NCBI GenBank assembly: GCA_030018135.1 | Contig: JASEGJ010000003.1 | Span: 1 to 64,000, forward strand | Reading direction: 5' to 3' | Length of the DNA: 64,000 nt | Source: Candidatus Hodarchaeaceae archaeon | GTDB taxonomy: Archaea > Hadarchaeota > Hadarchaeia > Hadarchaeales > Hadarchaeaceae | Shown here: positions 56,256-64,000 of the stretch, one piece after another | Layout of the letters: each line of letters opens with the position of its first letter | Numbering within the stretch: position 1 is the stretch's first letter | Notes under the pieces: generated by a model | What the model was told of the DNA's origin: nothing | Database searches by the model: none | What the model saw: only the letters and a program-made list of their open reading frames with translations | Position numbers and translations under genes: made by a program

Positions 56256-57488
56256 TCAGGTGGTGTACCTCGAGTTTATCCTCACGTAGTCATAGGTCAG
56301 GTCGCATCCCCACGCGACTGCCTCGGCCTTCCCCGCGGCCAAGTCCACATGGACCTCGATCTCCCGACAGCGCATTATGTCGCGCGCTCGCTCGAGGGCT
56401 CGCCTTGGCTTGGGCTTGCCCCGTTCGACTAGGTTGACCCGCCCACGATCGCTCACAAACTCCAGGCTGATCTTGGACGGATCGAAGGAAGCTCCGGAGT
56501 ACCCGAGCGCGGCGATCACGCGGCCCCAATTTGGATCTCGGCCAAAGACGGCGGCCTTAACGAGGTTCGAGCCAGCCACAGCGAGGGCCGCTCGACGTGC
56601 GTCCCCCTCGTTGCGCGCGTTTTTTACCCGTACCTCGATTAGGTGGGCCGCGCCTTCCCCATCCCTCACGATCATGCGCGCGAGTTCGATGAGCACATAG
56701 TCCAAACCGGATTGGAACATTTTGTCGATGTGTTTGATGGTTATCGGGCGATTTTTCGCGCGCCCATTTGCCATGATCAATACCATATCATTTGTGCTTG
56801 TATCGTCATCGACGGTGATCATGTTAAAGCTCCGCTCAACGGAGTTTTGGAGCGCAGCTCTCAAGGCAGCCGGGGTCACCGTGGCATCGGTCACGATCAA
56901 TGCCAACATGGTTGCAACCCTCATCCGCGGTCGGATCATGCCTGCGCCCTTGGCTACCCCAGCGATGTTGATCGTCGTGCCGTCCTCCAGGTTAACTCTG
57001 ATCGCGATTTCCTTTGGAAATGTATCGGTCGTCATGATGGCCCTTGCGGCGTTCAAGCTCGCCTCGCGTGAGCTGGAGAGCTCCTCGACTGCTGCCCTGA
57101 TACCTGCCTCTATTCGACGCATGGGGAGACGCATTCCTATGAGGCCAGTCGACGCAACGGCGAGGTCATTCGAGCGCAGCTTGAGAAGCTTGGCAGCGAG
57201 CCGTGCCATCTGGCGCGCGTCCCGTATCCCCTGCTTGCCGGTGTATGCATTCGCGTTGCCGCTGTTAGCGACCACCGCCGCGAGCTTGCCGTCCTTGAGG
57301 TGCTCCATTGTAACCAAAAGCGGCGCACCCCTGACTAGGTTGGTTGTAAAGGAGCCAGCAGCCGGCACCGGGCCATCCTCGCTCACCAGCATCATGATGT
57401 CCAAGCCGCGCCGCTTGACGTTTGCCCTAACCCCCGCCGCCAAAAAGCCAGGCACTGCGGTTAAGCCGCCCTCCAGCACGGTGATCAT
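56256..57488 (-). CDS. argJ: Ornithine acetyltransferase/N-acetylglutamate synthase
   Basis: NSGNANA.TG, STG.IG, IMTTDT, KGAGMI.P..ATML, D.DTSTND, DGEGA, DPNWGR, WGCDL..DYV.IN..Y.T. Confidence 0.96.
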   Translation of the reverse strand: MITVLEGGLTAVPGFLAAGVRANVKRRGLDIMMLVSEDGPVPAAGSFTTNLVRGAPLLVTMEHLKDGKLAAVVANSGNANAYTGKQGIRDARQMARLAAKLLKLRSNDLAVASTGLIGMRLPMRRIEAGIRAAVEELSSSREASLNAARAIMTTDTFPKEIAIRVNLEDGTTINIAGVAKGAGMIRPRMRVATMLALIVTDATVTPAALRAALQNSVERSFNMITVDDDTSTNDMVLIMANGRAKNRPITIKHIDKMFQSGLDYVLIELARMIVRDGEGAAHLIEVRVKNARNEGDARRAALAVAGSNLVKAAVFGRDPNWGRVIAALGYSGASFDPSKISLEFVSDRGRVNLVERGKPKPRRALERARDIMRCREIEVHVDLAAGKAEAVAWGCDLTYDYVRINSRYTT

Positions 57489-57496
57489 GGCTTCAC

Positions 57497-58525
57497 CTAT
57501 GGGCGTAGCGGCGGGGTTTCCAAGCCCCTCGCCTCATCGATGCCGAACATCAGATTCATGTTTTGGATCGCCTGACCGGATGCGCCCTTGATGAGGTTAT
57601 CGATCGTAGATACCACCACAAGCCTTTTCCCCTCGGCGTCGCATTCGACCCCGACATCGCAGTAATTCGACCCCGCGACGAAGTTGACCTGCGGCAGATC
57701 TTCCAGCACGCGCACAAAGCGCTCGCCGCGGTAAAACTCTTGATAGAGCTTGAGCACCCTCTCCTTAAACATTGGCTCACGAGCGAACACGTGCATGGTA
57801 GATAGGATGCCTCGCACGATCGGTATGAGGTGCGGGGTGAAGAATGCCTTGATTTCCCGTCCGGCGAGTTTACTCAGCTCCTGATCTATTTCGGGGCCGT
57901 GGCGATGGGTCGTCACTGCATAGGCGCGGACATTTGAGCCGCAGGTGGGGTGATGGGTAATTTCGCCGGGTGCGGCCCCGGCTCCAGAGGTGCCGCTCTT
58001 GGCATCGATCACTATATGTCCAAGATCGACGAGATGTCCCTTGACGAGCGGCGCTAAACCCAGGACGGCGGCAGTTGGATAGCAGCCGGGGTTGGCGACG
58101 AGTTCGGCCCCCTTTATTTCATCGCGGTAGAGCTCCGGCAATCCGTAGACCGCTTTAAGGTGCGGGCTCTCGTGTTTGACGTAGTGCCGTTCAAACACCT
58201 TGGGGTCGTCGAACCTATAGTCGGCACTAAGGTCGACCACTTTCGCACCGCCCTCTAAAAGCTTTGGGACAAACTTCATAGCAATCCCATGTGGCGTGGC
58301 GGTGAACACGACATCAGCTGCTTTACCTATCTTTGCATAGTCTGGCTCAGCTATGGTTAAATCAACCAATCCCCGCAAGTTTGGGTGTACCCTGTGTAAT
58401 GGCTGACCGGCGTTTTTAATGTCATACGCACCGACGAGATTTACATCCGGATGGTTCGCCAGAAGCCTGAACAGCTCGCCCCCAGCATATCCAGATGCCC
58501 CGATGACGGCAGCGGTTATCGTCAA
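57497..58525 (-). CDS. argC: N-acetyl-gamma-glutamyl-phosphate reductase
   Basis: GASGYAGGEL, DLSADYR, YGLPE, ANPGCYPT, SG.SGAG, HRH.PEI, DNLIKGASGQA.QN.N. Confidence 0.97.
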   Translation of the reverse strand: MTITAAVIGASGYAGGELFRLLANHPDVNLVGAYDIKNAGQPLHRVHPNLRGLVDLTIAEPDYAKIGKAADVVFTATPHGIAMKFVPKLLEGGAKVVDLSADYRFDDPKVFERHYVKHESPHLKAVYGLPELYRDEIKGAELVANPGCYPTAAVLGLAPLVKGHLVDLGHIVIDAKSGTSGAGAAPGEITHHPTCGSNVRAYAVTTHRHGPEIDQELSKLAGREIKAFFTPHLIPIVRGILSTMHVFAREPMFKERVLKLYQEFYRGERFVRVLEDLPQVNFVAGSNYCDVGVECDAEGKRLVVVSTIDNLIKGASGQAIQNMNLMFGIDEARGLETPPLRP

Positions 58526-60003
58526 CGCACCCTTCTCCTCACGTCTTTCAACAGTTTTGTCTCCGCCTTTGCAATCGCCCTCGCTCGTGCGCGCACCAGC
58601 TTTTCCCTGTTTTTAACGGCTCTCCTTAGTTGATTTATTTGCCCTTTTATCACCTTCGGCGCAGGTCCACCGAGCGTGCCTCGAGCCTCCACGCATTTTT
58701 CGGCATCCCAAGCTTCTTTAAACTCCTTTTCTGTGAGCGAGATTCCCTTGCCGAGGATCTCGCGGCATGCCGCCTGCAAATCCTCGATGCTTAATGCCCG
58801 CGGGGATTTGTGCTCTTTCACGGCCCGAGCGACCATTCGGCCAACTACCGCGTGCGCGTCCCTGAACGCCAACCCAGCTCTGCGCACGAGCGTGTCGGCG
58901 AGTTCCGTTGCGGTGGCAAAGCTCATCTCTGCGCGCTCGCGCATGACCTCCGGCTTAGGCTCGATTGCACCCATGAGTTTTGACATCGCCTTCAAGCTAT
59001 CCCTTGTCTGGTCGATGGCGTCCCAAAGCAGGGGAGTGAGATCCTGGAGGTCCAAGTTATATGACTGCGGCAGGGCTTTCATTACGGCCAATGCACCGAC
59101 TAGGTTGCCGGTCAAGCGTCCTGCCTTCGCGCGGGCTATTTCTGCAACCACCGGGTTTTTCTTCTGAGGCATTATGCTGCTGGTCGCTGCAAACTCGTCG
59201 GGCATCTCGATCATGTCAAACTCGGCCGAACCCCAAAGCACGAGCTCATCAGCTAACCTGCTCACATTCACCATTGAAATGGCCAGAGCTGATATTGTCT
59301 GAAGGGCAAAGTCCCGACCACCGACGGCGTCGATGGTGTTCTCCAGGATGTGCTTAAAACCGAGCAACCGAGCGACACGCATCCGATCGATGGGAAAGCT
59401 CGTTCCAGCCAAAGCGCAGGCGCCCATTGGACAGGAGCTGGCCTGTTCTAGCGCGTGCGAGAGGCGGTCCGCATCCCGGAGGAAAGCCGATGCATGGGCG
59501 ACAAGGTAGTGGGCGAAGGTTGTTGGCTCCGCAACTTGGAGGTGGGTATAGCCGGGCATTATTGTCCTAGTGTTTTTTTCGGCGAGGGCTATCAAATTGC
59601 CTATCAGCTCGAGGAGCGCGGCCTGAACTTCCAAAAGGTCCTTTCGAAGGGTCATGCGAATGGCGGCGGCGACTTGGTCGTTACGGCTCTTCGCCGTGTG
59701 AAGTTTACCTCCGACCTCCTCGTCGGTGGCCGCAATGACGAACTTCTCAACGGCCATGTGGATGTCCTCGAGCTCCGGCCGTAGCTCGAGGGCTTCCACG
59801 CCCCGCTCATGGAGTTCATGAAGCGCACGAAGTATTGCGGCGGCATCTTCCTCAGGGATTATACGGCGTTCAGCCAGCATGATGATGTGCGCCATGTTGA
59901 TCTGGACAACTGGCTTAAAAATCCGGACATCGGCCCGCATTGAGGAGGTGTACTCGCTGATCATCTCATCCGTCGGCGGCTTGAGGCGTCCTCTGCGCAA
60001 CAT
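58522..60003 (-). CDS. argH: Argininosuccinate lyase
   Basis: EDIH, LHTAKSRNDQV, MPGYTHLQ, TSSIMPQKKNP, SYNLDLQ. Confidence 0.97.
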   Translation of the reverse strand: MLRRGRLKPPTDEMISEYTSSMRADVRIFKPVVQINMAHIIMLAERRIIPEEDAAAILRALHELHERGVEALELRPELEDIHMAVEKFVIAATDEEVGGKLHTAKSRNDQVAAAIRMTLRKDLLEVQAALLELIGNLIALAEKNTRTIMPGYTHLQVAEPTTFAHYLVAHASAFLRDADRLSHALEQASSCPMGACALAGTSFPIDRMRVARLLGFKHILENTIDAVGGRDFALQTISALAISMVNVSRLADELVLWGSAEFDMIEMPDEFAATSSIMPQKKNPVVAEIARAKAGRLTGNLVGALAVMKALPQSYNLDLQDLTPLLWDAIDQTRDSLKAMSKLMGAIEPKPEVMRERAEMSFATATELADTLVRRAGLAFRDAHAVVGRMVARAVKEHKSPRALSIEDLQAACREILGKGISLTEKEFKEAWDAEKCVEARGTLGGPAPKVIKGQINQLRRAVKNREKLVRARARAIAKAETKLLKDVRRRVR

Positions 60004-60042
60004 CCTATCTCCCTCACTCTACTTTTACCACAACTTGTTTGA

Positions 60043-61224
60043 TCATCTACCCTTCTTTCTGGCACATGCAATTTTTTGTTGCAACCCATACAATTTTATG
60101 AACGCTTCCGCGTCGGCGCCTTTCCAACTTGCCATCTGTGCGTACCGTGCGACATCTTCGCGCACGAGGGAGTATGGGGATGAAACGCTTACCTGAATTG
60201 CACTCATGTGATCCAGTTTCATCACCGTTTCCCCCGTCACAACCTTTTGAGTTGAATCCATGAAGGCTTCTATGTCTCGCACCAGTGGCTCATAAAACAA
60301 ACCACGGTAAGACATGTCCGCATAGGTACTCTCTAGAGGGGTTTTGGTGGCAAGCTGGTGTCGCGTGAGCACAAGCCTTTCAAGCGCCCTGTGCGCCTCG
60401 ATCAGCAGGAGCAAGCCCGGTGCTTCAAATGCCTGAAAACCTTTTATCCCAACCGTTTCGTCCTCCACGTAAAGTCCCCTTCCGTACCCGTGCGCCCCGG
60501 CCACCTCGTTCAACTTCTGGAGGATCTCTATTCCATGCATTTTCTTTCCGTCCAACGCGACGGGAACCCCTTTCTCGAAGGAAATTTTAACATATTCGGG
60601 TTCTCTTTTCCTTACTTTAGTTAACACCCATACTTCCTCACTTGGCTCCTTGTTTTCGTCTATTTCTGAGCCTGAAATAGTTCGCCCGAAAACATTTTCG
60701 TTGATGGTGTATTTTTTCGTCGCATTTTTCACGCTGAATCCTTTTTTCTCCAAATACTCTATTTCCTGCGGCCTTCTTATCCCGAGCTCTCGTATGGGCG
60801 CGATTATTTTAAGATCCGGAGCCAAGCACATCGTAGTTATGTCGATTCGCACTTGGTCATTTCCCGCCCCGGTGCATCCGTGCGCAACCGCGCTAGCTTT
60901 TTCCTCAGCCGCGATCTCGATTAGATGTTTTGCGATGGTATAGCGGTCGGAGCACATGAGGGGGTACACTCCCTCATACAACGCGTTTGCCTTGATGATG
61001 TAAGAGATTATCTCGTCGAAGATTTCTTTTTTCGCATCGACAAAATAATGTTTTATTGCGCCCAACTTCTTTGAACGATTTTCGATGTACTTCAATTCTT
61101 CTTTACTCAGTCCACCAGTATCTACCGTTGCGGTAATCACGTCAAACTTTTTTTCTTTTAAGTAGAGCAAACAAAAACTCGTGTCTAAGCCACCAGAAAA
61201 AGCCAATACAACTTTTTCGGTCAT
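60043..61224 (-). CDS. argG: Argininosuccinate synthase
   Basis: LAFSGGLDTS, AHGCTG.GNDQVR, FEAPG, AE.FIKL.G. Confidence 0.96.
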   Translation of the reverse strand: MTEKVVLAFSGGLDTSFCLLYLKEKKFDVITATVDTGGLSKEELKYIENRSKKLGAIKHYFVDAKKEIFDEIISYIIKANALYEGVYPLMCSDRYTIAKHLIEIAAEEKASAVAHGCTGAGNDQVRIDITTMCLAPDLKIIAPIRELGIRRPQEIEYLEKKGFSVKNATKKYTINENVFGRTISGSEIDENKEPSEEVWVLTKVRKREPEYVKISFEKGVPVALDGKKMHGIEILQKLNEVAGAHGYGRGLYVEDETVGIKGFQAFEAPGLLLLIEAHRALERLVLTRHQLATKTPLESTYADMSYRGLFYEPLVRDIEAFMDSTQKVVTGETVMKLDHMSAIQVSVSSPYSLVREDVARYAQMASWKGADAEAFIKLYGLQQKIACARKKGR

Positions 61225-61361
61225 TTACTCCACCCACCTACAATAGCGTCTCAGTTTTTATCACTATTTAGTTCGGGTATATCAATAAATCTTTAATCAT
61301 CCCGAAAGCTTTTTAGCAGCCGTTCTCCAATCGCTACGGTTGAAGTTCCACGGGTGCCTAG

Positions 61362-61796
61362 ATGGGAAGGATCGCGTACGTGGGTGAAGGCTGTACCGGA
61401 TGCAAAATCTGCTCTGTTGCCTGTGCTTATGCGCACGATCGGACATTTGGCGTCAAGGCGGGCCGCATTTGGGTCGTCAAGGAGGAGCCACTTACAGATT
61501 ATCCCGTTGTTTGCGTCCAGTGCGCTAAGCCCCGGTGCCAAGAAGTTTGTCCGGTGGCGGCCATCAGCCGCGTTAACGATTTGGTGCTTGTCGACGAAAA
61601 TGCTTGCATAGGCTGTGGCGCGTGCGTCGAGGCCTGTCCGTTTGGTGCGATAATTTTGCATCCCGCGAAGCGCATCGCGATTAAATGCGACCTCTGCGGC
61701 GGCAATGAGCCACAATGCGTAAAGTTTTGCCCAGCGGACGTATTGAAACTCAAAGAGCTCGCAGCCGTGGCGCAGGAGAAGCGGACTAAGGGGTGA
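61362..61796 (+). CDS. 4x[4Fe-4S] ferredoxin-like subunit of aldehyde oxidoreductase
   Basis: CTGCKIC...C, CVQC..P.C...CP, CIGCGAC...CP, KCDLC...PQCV..CP. Confidence 0.92.
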   Translation: MGRIAYVGEGCTGCKICSVACAYAHDRTFGVKAGRIWVVKEEPLTDYPVVCVQCAKPRCQEVCPVAAISRVNDLVLVDENACIGCGACVEACPFGAIILHPAKRIAIKCDLCGGNEPQCVKFCPADVLKLKELAAVAQEKRTKG

Positions 61797-61800
61797 TATC

Positions 61801-63711
61801 TTGCCATATCCGTTCGGCGGCTACATGGGACAAATCCTGCGCGTGGATTTGACGAGACAAAAGTCCGCCGTGGAGCAACTGCCGAGCAGGCTTGTGCGCG
61901 ACTATATCGGCGGCACAGGCTTTGCAGCTCGCATTTTGTTCGATGAGCTCAAGTCCGGGATGGACGCCCTCGATCCGGAAAACAGGCTAATCTTCGCGAC
62001 CGGTCCGCTGGTGGGCACGCTCTGGCCAACGTCTGGCAGGTGGGCGGTTTACGCGAAATCTCCTCTGACAGATATTTGGGGGGAGTCGCACTGCGGAGGG
62101 TTCTTCGGCGCGGAGCTGAAGTTCGCTGGCTACGATATGATCATAGTGAATGGGCGAGCGAACAAACCCGTTTATTTGTGGATCGACGACGGAAGGATCG
62201 AGATCCTGTCCGCCAAAAACCTCTGGAACAGAAACACGGCCGAAACCACGGACGCGATTCGAGAGCAACACGGCGATCGGGAGATCGAGGTGGCTTGCAT
62301 CGGTCCAGCGGGTGAGAACCTCGTGCGCTTCGCTTGCATAATGAACAATTATCAAGACGCGGCTGGCAGGGCAGGCTTGGGGGCGGTGATGGGCTCGAAG
62401 CGCCTAAAGGCGGTTGCCGTGAGGGGTTCGCAAAGCGTCAGGGTGGCGGATGATGATAAGTTTATGGAGCTGGTTGAGGATGCCCACGAGCGCGTGCTCA
62501 AGCAACCTCAAGCTCGGGAGATGACCAAGTATGGCACGCCGTTGCTTGTCGCATACAAATCAGAAATTGGGGAACTCCCCACGCGAAACCATCAAACGGG
62601 CATATTTGCGGGCGCCGGTAAACTTAAGGCAGACACGATCCGCGCGCAGTACTTCGCCAAAACGCGGTCATGCTTTGGCTGCCGCATAATGTGCAAAAAG
62701 GTAAACCGCATCCCCGAGGGCCCGTATAAGGGGACGATATCCGGCGGGCCGGAATATGAGTCAATTTTTTCGCTCGGCACCAATTGCGGCATAGATGATT
62801 TTGGCGCGATACATAAGGCGAACCAGCTTTGCAACCTGTACGGTCTCGACGCCATCTCAGCGGGCTGCGTCGTAGCATGGCTGATGGAGTGCTATGAACG
62901 TGGGCTGATCAACCGTGGGCAGTGCGATGGCCTCGACCCGACGTGGGGCAACCATGGGGCGATGGTGACGCTAATCGAGAAAATTGCAAAACGCGAGGGG
63001 ATCGGCGATACCCTCGCGGAGGGCAGCTATCGCGCGGCGAAGAAGCTGGGCAAGGGCGCCGAATACGTCATGCACGTCAAAAAACTGGAAATATCGGGTC
63101 AGGATGGCCGCACCCATCGAAGCGTCGCGCTTACGCACGCCATATCCGTGCGCGGCGCCGACCATCTGCGCTCGCTCGTCACCGTGGATCAGCTCGGCTA
63201 CGAGGAGACGGCGGCGAAGCGCTACGGCAAGGACAAGTTACCGGAGATATGCGATCCCTACGTGGAGAAATACAAGGCCGCGGCGGTCAAGGACACCGAG
63301 GACGCGTTCGCGATACGCGATAGCTTGATCGTCTGTTGGTACTCCTGCGGTTGGCCGCCCATCTTCTGGATGCCTGACTTTGCGGCGGTTGCGGCGGCGG
63401 CAACTGGCATAAAGGAGTTCGGCAGGCTCGAGGAGCTTTACCGCATAGCGCAGCGCATATGCAATCTGCGGCGGGCCTTCAACGTGCGCGAGGGGCTGGA
63501 TCGAAGGCACGACGCGCTGCCCAAGCGTTTCACCCACGAACCCATGCCCGAAGGGCCTGGCAAGGGGCAGGTGGCGAACCTTGAAATAATGTTGCGCGAA
63601 TATTACAAATTGAGGGGCTGGGGCGAAAATGGCATACCTACGAGGCGGACGTTGGGTGAGCTTGGGTTGAGCGATGTGGCGGCCGAGCTGGAGCGCTTGG
63701 GGAGGTTGTGA
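61801..63711 (+). CDS. aor: Tungsten aldehyde:ferredoxin oxidoreductase family protein
   Basis: GYMG.ILRVDL, KSPLT, IGPAGEN, AGR.G.GAVMGSK.LKA, C.GC...C, GPEYE, GLDAIS, YY.LRGW...G.P. Confidence 0.95.
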   Translation: MPYPFGGYMGQILRVDLTRQKSAVEQLPSRLVRDYIGGTGFAARILFDELKSGMDALDPENRLIFATGPLVGTLWPTSGRWAVYAKSPLTDIWGESHCGGFFGAELKFAGYDMIIVNGRANKPVYLWIDDGRIEILSAKNLWNRNTAETTDAIREQHGDREIEVACIGPAGENLVRFACIMNNYQDAAGRAGLGAVMGSKRLKAVAVRGSQSVRVADDDKFMELVEDAHERVLKQPQAREMTKYGTPLLVAYKSEIGELPTRNHQTGIFAGAGKLKADTIRAQYFAKTRSCFGCRIMCKKVNRIPEGPYKGTISGGPEYESIFSLGTNCGIDDFGAIHKANQLCNLYGLDAISAGCVVAWLMECYERGLINRGQCDGLDPTWGNHGAMVTLIEKIAKREGIGDTLAEGSYRAAKKLGKGAEYVMHVKKLEISGQDGRTHRSVALTHAISVRGADHLRSLVTVDQLGYEETAAKRYGKDKLPEICDPYVEKYKAAAVKDTEDAFAIRDSLIVCWYSCGWPPIFWMPDFAAVAAAATGIKEFGRLEELYRIAQRICNLRRAFNVREGLDRRHDALPKRFTHEPMPEGPGKGQVANLEIMLREYYKLRGWGENGIPTRRTLGELGLSDVAAELERLGRL

Positions 63712-64000
63712 CGGCTGTGGAAGTCGTGATCAAACTTCACGGCGATTTATGCGAGAAGGCGGGCACCGACACGATAAAGCTGCCGATCGACGAAGACGAG
63801 ACGATCGACACGCTGCTGATGAAGCTCGGCAGGCGCCACTCGGACCTGCTGGAGGCCATCCTCGATCCGCAGACGGGCGAACTCAAGTCCTACTACAATA
63901 TTTTGCTCAATGGTAGGAGGGTACAGCAGCTTCGCGGCATCCATACCAAGCTGAAGCACAAGGACGAGCTCGCGATCTTTCCGCCCGTGGCGGGGGGTTA
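63708..64000 (+). CDS. moaD: MoaD/SAMP-like ubiquitin-fold sulfur carrier (stop codon cut by window edge)
   Basis: GTG at 63708 overlaps the aor stop; translates ...NILLNGR....GI.T.L...DELAIFPPVAGG, followed by TA at the window end. Confidence 0.9.
   Translation, partial: MTAVEVVIKLHGDLCEKAGTDTIKLPIDEDETIDTLLMKLGRRHSDLLEAILDPQTGELKSYYNILLNGRRVQQLRGIHTKLKHKDELAIFPPVAGG

Noticed and set aside
56722-57591. 289-aa + strand ORF
   Set aside because: Antisense shadow of argJ.
1-64000. CRISPR array, cas or defence genes, rRNA, tRNA
   Set aside because: No regularly spaced repeats or recognisable motifs, and the intergenic gaps are short. Checked by eye only; tRNAscan-SE and CRISPR finders would be decisive.

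Overview
Archaeal chromosomal window from an anaerobe with Thermococcales-like traits: long-form eL41, single-subunit 179-aa EndA, 4-TM Na+-type ATPase c subunit, Pyrococcus-like carbamate kinase and OTC. A Hadarchaeota/MSBL1-like lineage is plausible but unproven. Layout from left to right: (1) 1-6.1 kb, decayed mobile segment (IS fragment, NCS1-DUF917-M29 catabolic operon, broken tyrosine integrase). (2) 6.1-16.2 kb, A1AO ATP synthase split into divergent operons (atpHIKECFD-DUF61 on -, atpAB-GNAT on +). (3) An unannotated box C/D guide RNA, trpS-endA, radical SAM genes and carbamate kinase. (4) About 22-43.4 kb, an accessory ion/metal island: antiporters, Tfx, permeases, MenK-like radical SAM, feoAB-DtxR with a perfect operator, and a DUF134/NifX/ferredoxin-ATPase/Mrp cluster with Trp/Tyr/Pro/Gly-rich microproteins and a recurrent TGTGCAAT-N-GCACA motif. 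The island carries several pseudogene scars. (5) Housekeeping genes, an eL41 gene missed by the ORF track, and a putative corrinoid uptake pair with a 21-bp operator. (6) A complete acetyl-cycle arginine operon and an AOR locus. No tRNA, rRNA or CRISPR array was seen. All family calls come from motif recognition by eye, not from database searches.
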